A DNA stretch of 64,000 bases from the human T2T-CHM13v2.0 reference genome, Homo sapiens. The notes under the pieces were generated by a model. It was not told the origin of the DNA, ran no database searches, and was given only the letters and a program-made list of their open reading frames with translations. Shown here piece after piece: positions 54,555-64,000 of this stretch (the stretch's first letter is position 1; each line of letters starts with the position of its first letter). Both the position numbers and the translations under genes were made by a program. Location of the stretch: assembly GCF_009914755.1 (NCBI RefSeq), contig NC_060930.1; one strand, 5' to 3'.

Positions 54555-55592
54555 CTGAAAAACCAATAGGGTTGGAAAAGAAAGACGGACGGTTGCGTAA
54601 GTGGTAACATATTATTTGGCTAGAGAAGATTAGTAGTGAACAATTGGGGATAAGCTTATAAATGAAGAGGAAATCACACACTGTGATGTGTCTTTGAGTT
54701 AGGTTCACGTTAGTATAAAGATTCTGATTTATGCTGAAGGCAATAGAAAGCCATGGAGAATGGGTGTTGAGAAAGGAGAAGACTGGACTAAATGTAGTAT
54801 TATAGAACAATTAATTTAGGGGAGGTGCAAAGGATAGTCTAGATAGGAGAGGCCAACTCTCAGGTAATTGTGAGAATCCAGCTTGTGACAAGTTCTGTGG
54901 TAGAAAAAAAATGGTACTGGGAATAGAACTAAAGAAAAATGAAGAGGACACAGTGGCTAATAACACAGAGGAGCACTTTACTCAAAATTGTAATTCTCAC
55001 CATTTTATAGCCTTCCTTTGTAAATAGTTTGTACATATTTACACAGTTTTTGATTGCATATCCATGAATTTAGCTTTTGTGCTTGATGCTATTTAGAGTG
55101 TGAGTACTCTCTGTCTCTGTCTCTGTTTTTCTAACATGCACACACAAATGTGCATGCACACACAAATTACAAAAAGAAAATAAGCAAACTTATTTCCGAT
55201 AATAAGCAGAAAGAAAAGCAAAGTTTTAGGATATTGTAATAAAATGTAAAACAACACTAAAGAATAATGTTAATCAATATTATTAATGCTTAAGCCTAAG
55301 TAAACATAGTATGTATAAGTATTTATTAGAGACATATGTATTCTCATGATAACAAAAGTTAATAAAGATCATGTTCCTAACCAAATACAGATTTGGATAG
55401 AGATTGGCAGTATATCATAAAACGGAATAATGGGCAAATAAACAAATTTTAATCTACAATAAATATAGATAATCTTGGCCTATATTTAATTCATTCTGCA
55501 CATAATTTAACAAAAATCTTGAGACAGTGGGAACAAGCTTATATAATGAAGCAAACAATAATTTTTTTAAATAGATGTTTCAATCAATAGAT

Positions 55593-55880
55593 CAAGAAAA
55601 CCAAACACCACATGCTCTCACTCATAAGTGGGAGCTGAACAATGAGAACACATGGACACAGGGAGGGGAACATCACACATCAGGGCCTGTCAGGGGGTGG
55701 GGGGCGGGGGGAGGGATAGCATTAGGAGAAATAGCTAATGTAGATGACGGGTTGATGGGTGCAGCAAACCATCATGGCACATGTATACCTGTGTAACAAA
55801 CTGCATATTCTGCACATGTACCCCAGATCTTAAAGTATAATAATAAATAAATAAATAAATAAATAAAAGAAAAAAAAGGA
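55593..55880 (+). mobile_element. L1PA (about L1PA7) 3' fragment with (TAAA)n tail
   Basis: aaaccaaacaccacatgctctcactcataagtgggagctgaacaatgagaacacatggacacagggagggg…. Confidence 0.95.
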
Positions 55881-56947
55881 AAATGAACAGGGATGATAAT
55901 GAAGTTCCCAGATCATGAAAACTAAAAATTGATAATCACTGAAGGTATCTTAATAAAATTATGATAAATACAGAAAGTAGAATCCAAAAAAATCACTACT
56001 TTTACATTTTTAAAAGTGCTCACAATATAATGAGGCCATTCAAGAAATAATAGTATTCTGTCTTAATTTAGTCAGTAAAGGCAAGTAAGTAAAGAGTTTT
56101 AGGAAATCCTGATAGAGTATCATTTTATTCCAATGAATAAAAAAGGGCAGGTTCCAATTCAAGGTACAAAGTCCTTGCTTTAATTTTTTTTTCTCTTGGG
56201 GAGTTTATGTTATACTTCAATCTTAATATTGTTTTAATGTCTAAAGTTTATAATTTAAACAATGAAACTAACAATTCATTTACATTACTGTTTTGACATT
56301 TTAAGAAAGCCTTTCTACATCTGGTTTTATTTAACAAACTTTTTTCAGACGTTGCAGTGATTTTTTAAATTTAAAATGATAAAAATCCTCATGATTTGGT
56401 TAGTAACAAGTTTTGCCATCACCAGCACACAGTCTGGAAATGGCAATATCTGTATATCTCTAGCCAAAAAAAAAAATAGGCCTACCATGGTTAAGAATTG
56501 TTTTAAGCATGCACATTTTGATATAGATCCAAATCATCACAATATTTGCGTAACATTCTGCAAGAGTTTTCAAGATATGCAAAGCATCATGAAGATTATA
56601 GCCTAACAAGCTTAGAGATTTTATTTGCTACTAACTCTTATCATGACATAATTAAACTGGGATAGTTCACACTATACACATTTAGATATCCTATCATGTT
56701 GTAATTACCTGAATACTATAATGTGTTCCAAATATTTAGGCTTTCAATATGTTCCCCAGACAATGGCAATGGCTAAAATACAGTTTAAGTGTTGTTAGTG
56801 TCATCAGCTCACCCAAATTCCCTGAGATTAGTGGAATTTCAAGATAATGCATATGAGAATGCAGTGATAAACAATGAAAGAGTTTCTCAAAAACTTCTGA
56901 AAGAGAATCATATTGGAAGTTTCAACTGTTTTTTTGTAAATAGGCTA

Positions 56948-57717
56948 CAGCAGACTTAGCTTTATTCAGCTGTGCTTTATTGTATTTCACAGGTACTGTG
57001 TTTTTTACAAATTGAAGGCTTGTGGGAGCTCTGAGTTGATCAAGATCTATTGGCATCATTTTTCCAACAGAATGTGCTCACTTTGTATCTCTGTGTCACA
57101 TTTTGGTAATTCTCACAATATTTAAAACTTTTTCATTATTATTATATCTGTTATGGTGATCTGTGATCACTGATCTTTGATTTTACTATTGTCATTATTT
57201 TGTGGCACCATGAACCACACCATATAAGATGGCAAATTTAATAAGTAAAGGTTGTGTGTGTTCAACTGATCTATCAATTGGGCATTCCCCACCTCTCTCC
57301 GTCTCCTTAGGCCTCCCCATTCCCTGAGACACAACAATATTGAAATTAAGCCTATTAACAACCTTAAAATGGCCTGTAATGTTCAAGTGAAAGGAAGACT
57401 CACATATCTCTCACTTTAAATCAAAAGCTAAAATGATTAAGTTTAGTGAGAAAGGAACGTTGAAAGCCCCGATAGGTGATAAACCAAGCCTCTTATGCCA
57501 AACAGTTAGAAAAGTTTTAAATGCAAAGAAAAAGTCAGAAGGGAATTAAAAGTGCTACTCTGGTTTACACACAGATAATAAGTGAAACAGCCTTATTGCT
57601 GAAACGGAGAAAGTTTGAGTGGTCTAGGCAGAAGATCAAACCAGCCACAACATTCCCCTAAGCCAAAGCCTAATCCAGGGAAAGGCCTGATGCTCTTCAA
57701 TATTATAAAGGCTGAGA
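56948..57717 (+). mobile_element. Tigger1 5' fragment including a degenerate transposase start
   Basis: ttttttacaaattgaagg…, and gttcaagtgaaaggaagactcacatatctctcactttaaatcaaaagcta…gaagatcaaaccagccacaacattccc. Confidence 0.9.
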
Positions 57718-59389
57718 TTGGTATATTATTGATATATTATTTATATATACTCATATATTTGTATGATAAATTATTACTTTTTAGTGTATTGTAAAAGAAA
57801 AACATTTAATAACCCTAAACTTAAAGGATACTGTTTATTAAAATACTCCAAAAAGTTATAGGGTGAAATTTTTTATAGGAATTAATTTTTAACATTTTTC
57901 AAAGTATACAATTCTTTCATTTTCAAGTCCCACAAAATTAAAGGTAAAAATACCTATCACCCTTTACTTCTCTTCAAAATGACAGTTAGAGAAAATAGAA
58001 CTTTCACTGAGTAAAGTTTACTCAGTTCCAACTGATAACATGCAATGTGGGATGTTCAATAAAGTGAAATAAATATTTACTTTAAATGGAAGTACATAAG
58101 GAACTGAGAGTTCCTATTCAATTTTTGACAAGAGTTGACTCCTATTCATTTAGATTTTAATCAGTGATTAACTCCCCGCTGCACCGGCCCTGAACAAATG
58201 CAATTACAAAGCTACTCCATGTACAGGTCTCTAAATTCCAGAGCTGCATTTGTAATACACTTTTTATATGTAATTCTCTCATACCCATTTATGATACATG
58301 TCATTTCTATGTTTACTATTTTAACTTAATGAGAGATTAGTCCACTATAAGTTTGCAAACTACAGAAGAGGAGAATGTTTTGGGTGGTTCTGTATTACCA
58401 TAGAAATTATTCAGTGTGTTTTTGTAGCTCTGCTGAAGATGAGAAAATTTAACTGTGTGATGGGGTGGAAATATTAAAAGTTTAAGTTAGCACTGTTGTT
58501 AAGTGACAGAAGAGTTCAGAGGAGGATCTAAAATTCATGTGAGAAAAAAATACAAAGATATTTTTACAGTGGTATCTTTACAATGATATCTACAAAATTA
58601 TATAACTTGACCACCTCTCTTAGAACTAGATCTTGTAACCTAAATATAGGACTCTATATTTTGTACCCTTTTCCCTGACCTGGTCAAGTTGATATGACTG
58701 AGTCAAGCATCACCAGTAAGTGAGTCTCAGCCATTGTCTCTGTCTCCACTCCACCTATCTGATAAAGGGCTCAAATTGTTTCCCTACCTTGCCCTCTAAC
58801 AAGAGAGATTTTATGCTTTGTAATAGTGTACTAGGTAAGAAGCTAGCTGAGAAGTCCTAGGTAAACAAGGAAGGCATAGCCAGAAAATCTAAATAATCTA
58901 AACAGTCATGATATTCGGGAAGGACAGCCTGGGATTTGAAAGGTAAGCTTTACTGGCAAATTGCTTTGACTGCTCTATAGCAGTGAAACGGTGTGAGATG
59001 AGAAGAAAAAAGGGGAGTTATACAAAGTATTGCTGTGATGTATACAGCGGTTCTCCTGCAATGGTCTTCAAGTAGCACATGGCGATTGGAATACCATTTA
59101 ATTCCTTAGGTTGCTATATTATATTTTTTTATGTACAAATCCAGGCCAGACTCTGACAATTGGGAGAGCTCACAATTGCTGCACTCTTTCAGAATGTTGG
59201 TGTAAATATTCTCATACACTGAAAATATATAAAACCCAGTATATCATATAAGATATAGTACACAATTTTACCTCATATTACAACTAACTGTAGAGTAGAG
59301 CAAGAGTGCATATTCACCATGTTAATGTCCTACATTAACTGGCACCAAAAGTATGTAAATAGTTAAGGAGAAACAAAATTCAAAATGTA

Positions 59390-60100
59390 TACAACCAGAG
59401 GCTAGTTTGTGCAAAATTCTTCCAAACATTATATACATACTGTTGTAAGGAAATGAATCTGTTTTCATCCATGTGAAATCAAATGGAAATTTTCATCTAT
59501 CAAAAATATGTTCCATATAACAATTATACTGTGCATGTTTCTATTTTTAATTGCATAAAATTACAAAAATAGAATATATCAAAATTCCTCCGTGTGAAGT
59601 GTGCAAAACTGTAGTAGTTCTTCTAAAATAAAAACTATATCTGCGTACAAATTTACATATATCAAAGTATTAGATTACATCTTAACACATTACTAATAAT
59701 GAATTATTAAACTGAAAGATTTTTCTAACCTATAAATAAAGTTTTATTGACAGTGCTAGAGAAAAGACTGAATTATCTGTCTACACTCTCCATAGAAAAC
59801 ATCATAGTGTTGACCTTAGAAAGAGACGAACAAAGAATGTATAGTCACAAAATAAGAGAAAAAGCGTATTATGAAATAACCTCAGATGCTCACTTAAATT
59901 TTTAAAACTAAAATTTTATTTTTCTGAATTTTGAGATATTTGTAATATGCGTTAACTTTTAAAATTTTATAATTTCATAAGTTCTTTTTTCTCATTTAAA
60001 ATTAATATTTATTTTCCTATATAATGTTGTATTTGGCATTTATAGTCTTTAAAAAAAAAAAAAAAAAAAACGGGATCCTCCAAATTGATGTATTCAGTAT
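59390..60100 (-). mobile_element. Possible old hAT-type DNA transposon fragment containing an A20 run (60051-60070)
   Basis: Right end resembles the reverse complement of the MER53-like 5' end. Family assignment uncertain. Confidence 0.4.
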
Positions 60101-61199
60101 CTAAAGTTCCCTACAAGTGGTTGGCCATATATCTCCTAGTGATATGCAGATCTCACCCAGAGACAGACAGGTGGCCCTAAACCATCCAGACATATCAATT
60201 AGCAAGAGCACAAACAGTTGCTTCACTTGAAGTAATAGGGCATAGATAGTGGTAAATGACTCTCAAACTGAATGATCCCAGAGACTGGCTCAAACTTTGC
60301 ATTTTGCCAGAAACGCGATCCTTGAAGACAAAAGAACCTGAGGCATATCTAATGATTGTCCCTTGGAAAATTTCATATTTCCTGGTTCCAGTGTTTTTGA
60401 TGAGGGACCTTGACAGATGCAACAAGGCTAAACTTTACAGCACTTTCTGAGGCACTGAATAGGAAGTAAAATAACCAAGAAAAGGAAAAGAGGAATAAAC
60501 TGTAACAGCATGGGTTTTTGAGTAGTGTAATTAATACTAATTACTATTACTATTAATTAATATTAATAGTAATAGTAATTAATATTATCTGTTATAGAAG
60601 TACAAAAAATGATCAAACAGAGTAAAAATTGAGGAATAGTATTTAAAGGCTCTTCCTGACCCCAGCAACTTCCATGACCTCATCATCATTCAAAGACAGC
60701 TCTGCCACTGTTAGCATAAATCTTTCCCTTACTTCAATCCACAGACTTGGTCTATGCTGGTCTATGCGACACCCACCGGGATATGGAATCAGAAAACTAA
60801 AAAAGAATTCTAGAGGGCCTTAGAGGCATAATGAAAAAAAGGATCACTTAGAGATCCTCTAAATGTTTAGGCTCTAAAACAGAGTTAGGGTATAAGATAT
60901 TTGAAAAGGGGGATTTTTAAAGTCCTATGGTAGGATATGAAATTAGGTCCCTTCAAATATTCTAAATGAAGCATGAGTGAAGATTGGAATGACTTAATTA
61001 TTTTGACATTTTGAGCATGCTTTCGTATATGAAAGGATAGCATGGGGCTCCAAATTTTATTTTAATTACATCTAACTGAAATAATTAAGGCCCTTTATCT
61101 TGTTAACTAAGCCAGAGTTACTGAGACTCAAAGCTGGAACTCTCTTAGAAAACCCACTTCCACCAAGTGGAACCGACTCAGTATGTGTCATTTACTGAA

Positions 61200-61390
61200 G
61201 GGTCCAGTGTGCTTAGAGCTGTGCTTCCAAATACTGGCCTGAGGACTGCCTAGGTCAGAATGATCTGGGACGACTTCTAAAATGCTTATTTCTATATTCT
61301 GTATTGGCCCCAATGAACCAAAAATCTCTGAGACTGTAAACTGGAAATCTGCACATTCAGTAATTTCCTCTGCTGCTTTATATGCATGGT
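61200..61390. mobile_element. MER5-family fragment
   Basis: gtgcttccaaatactggcc…aatctgcacattcagtaatttcctctgctgctttatatgca. Confidence 0.5.
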
Positions 61391-62492
61391 TTAGAAAAGT
61401 CTGCAACTCCTCCCTGGGGTGAGGAGTAGAAGTTTTGGAGTAGATTCCTGTGTAACCCACATAGACCCTACAAAACAGATTTTCTTTGCTGTGCTTTACA
61501 ATGAGCATTATTATGGTCCAGAGTACTGTGGTCAGGTCACACTAATCCCAACTTATTGGACTCTAAGAAATGGATGTCACCTTGGATCTGACATCCATGA
61601 CCAATATACAACCAAGGAAAGCCTTATATTAAGGTTATCCTTACCCCCAGCTGGAACTTCGTTATCGTCTTCTTACTACTGAGATTCCAGAATAATTTGC
61701 AGCTAAGCCTTTGAAGGTCTGGAGGACTCCAGACCCCTATTTTTTCTTAACAGCTCACCTCACTCTTATTGAAGTGCTCCCAGCTTGCCTTTGATGATAG
61801 CAAAATGTCTGCAGCATTATGCCCACTATTTCAGGTCTCTGATCCTTTACATTATTCCTTCTGCCTAAAAATCTTTTTCCCTTTTTTATCTAGTTAATTG
61901 ATTTCATTTTTCCAATATTCAACTCAAAAATTCCTCTTACATGACATTCTCAATAACCAACTTGACTTAGATGTCTCTATACTTCCTAACTTGCTTTGTA
62001 TTATCTATCATTGCTCTTATCAAATTTTGTATAATTTTTGATTCATGCATCACTTTCCATTATTAAATCATTAGCTCTTTAAATACTTTGCATGAAATAA
62101 GATTTAATAAATGATTGTTGAATTGAATTGACATTTATCTCCCTTGGTTTTAGCCCTTTATTCTAATTCGAATTCACTTTGAATTCAATCCACTTTGAAT
62201 TGTGATTTTTTTCCCACTAATTCTTCTACTATTTTATTGTTAATAATGATGGTAATAATGGTAAAAGCACATTTACTTTATGCTGAGTTACATGTTAAAC
62301 CTATGGGTATTTAATTATTTATGTGGTATCCTTTTACAAATTTTTAACAACCTAATAAGAGACTCCTTTCTAAATTGCAATCACTTCAGGCCCATAAAAT
62401 GGGGATTCACCTCTGAATAAAAATAAAATTAGGCTTTCCTTATTGAAGTAGGAGCAGAGGGCCTAGAGTTCACTGGTTTGGCCTCCCTCAAG

Positions 62493-62537
62493 CCAACCTT
62501 GCTGATTCCCAACCTTGTTGATTCCCAACCTTGTTGA
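62493..62537. repeat. 16-bp tandem repeat, about 2.8 copies (CCAACCTTGYTGATTC)
   Basis: Directly visible. Confidence 0.9.
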
Positions 62538-62829
62538 AGTCTAACATCAACAGAACTAGATAGTGATATTAGAAATAAAGGTCACCCAGTTAGTGAGTGC
62601 AAAAGCCGGGCAGGGACCCAAGTCTATCTGACTGCAAAGCATGTTCTCTAATACCTCCTTGATAAACACATCTTCCATATCTTCTACCTTCTATATCATC
62701 CATATCTTATCTTTTCTATATCTTCATCTTAGTCACTACTAAAGATTGTGTGCATCAGAATATCAAAGGCAGAGCTCCTAGAGAGAACTCACCTTCAGGC
62801 TGAAGAGTCTTGTGGCATATTTTATCATC

Positions 62830-63010
62830 TAGCCCAATATCTCTCAAACTGAATCCATCATCAGCATTATTTGAGGTACTTTTTAAAAATACAGATTTCT
62901 TGGACATATTGGTACAGATTCTAATTCTGTTCTCCTGTAAGAGCCAGGAATCTATAATTAACAAAACTTCTCAGGAGATGTTAGAAATCCTAACAAGTTT
63001 GGGAATCAAT
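62830..63010. mobile_element. MER5-family hAT MITE
   Basis: tctctcaaactg…tttttaaaaatacagatttcttgg…aagtttgggaatca. Confidence 0.6.
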
Positions 63011-63094
63011 AAGGTTGGCTTGAAGGGGGCCAAATTAGCACATTCTAGGCCTTCTGACCCTACTTCGATAAAGGAAAGCTAATTGTATTTTTAT

Positions 63095-63260
63095 TCAGAG
63101 ATGAATCGCCATTTTGTGGTCTTGAACCTAAAGCGACTGCAATTTAGGAGGGGGCCTCCTTAAGAAAAAGAACACAAAAATATCTATTGAAAATTTCGTT
63201 AAAACTTATAACAGATGATGACACTGATAAGACCTCTCCTACAGCCTAGAAGGGACCTCA
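63095..63260 (+). mobile_element. MER53-related hAT fragment
   Basis: aatttaggagggggcctccttaagaaaaagaacacaaaa…gcctagaagggacc. Confidence 0.5.
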
Positions 63261-64000
63261 ACAAATCTTTTATGGTGACTTTCTTGTCTATATCATATAT
63301 TGAAGTTCTACATAAAGTTTTACCCACGACAAAAAAGAAAAAAGTTTCACTGATAAAAACTAAAGTTTGGAAAAATACCAGTTTTGGTAAAATTTCATAT
63401 CTTGCTCAGAGAAATATCAACAAGATAGTCAAGGATATTTTTTAAATACTCCAGAAATACTATCAGCAAACAAGTGAGGTCAGTTTGGTATGTCTTTTTA
63501 TTGGTACATCCATAAGATTTCCGAGTACATCTCATGTTCATAAATTCTCTGTTTAATCAACTATCCTAAATTTTGCTAGGAAAAGACTTAAACTCATGGA
63601 CCTATAAGCCCTCATTTTTCCTTTTCACTAATATAGATTGCTAAATAATTTTAAAAATATATTTTTGAAGGATACTTTGCTTTCTTTGCCCCACCACCAA
63701 CTCTATCGATAATCCAGGACAATATTCATTATCTCTTCAAAATGAGGAGATAATGTCAGAAGCTATCTGTCTACAATCTCCAGTAGCTGGATTAGACATA
63801 ACTGACAGTATTACTTTCTATATGCAGGCGTACAACAGGAAAGAGACATAGAGCATGCAATTTCTTCAACACAAGCCATCGATTACTATAAAAATGTAAA
63901 TAATGTGGTTTCAGACCCTATAACTCAAAACTCAATTTGAGCAGTAACTCCTCTTAAAGGCGATACATTCGTAAATTCAGTAATGAGAAAAAATGAGACT

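Noticed and set aside
57369-57717. Tigger1 transposase as a domesticated gene
   Set aside because: Truncated, with no long plus-strand ORF in the track, so it is a disrupted relic.
52199-64000. Search for the next upstream HMGCLL1 exon, promoter or CpG island
   Set aside because: No lyase-like coding segment and no CpG-rich region found. They presumably lie beyond the window.

Overview
AT-rich, repeat-rich primate (very likely human) genomic DNA lying inside the HMGCLL1 gene (HMG-CoA lyase-like 1, minus strand; from recall, chr6p12.1). Four consecutive internal coding exons can be reconstructed with canonical AG/GT boundaries and matching phases: 52103-52198 (96 nt), 49644-49792 (149 nt), 34836-34899 (64 nt) and 31015-31203 (189 nt). 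Together they give 166 in-frame codons including the GCPYEG, SLGDTIG and HCHDT motifs. The rest is intron filled with L1, Alu, L2, MIR, MaLR LTR and DNA-transposon relics (Tigger/MER, hAT). Almost all entries in the ORF track are chance or repeat-derived. I find no convincing new gene or multi-gene system. The most interesting structures are: (i) an inverted Alu pair bracketing a 402-nt, phase-0-to-phase-0, stop-free three-exon block (candidate circRNA with an endless ORF); (ii) a ~53-bp direct repeat flanking the metal-binding exon; (iii) a 74-bp perfect AT-rich palindrome grown from the tail of a tiny inverted L1; (iv) a candidate recursive splice site. Repeat subfamily names are from recall of consensus sequences and boundaries of old repeats are approximate.
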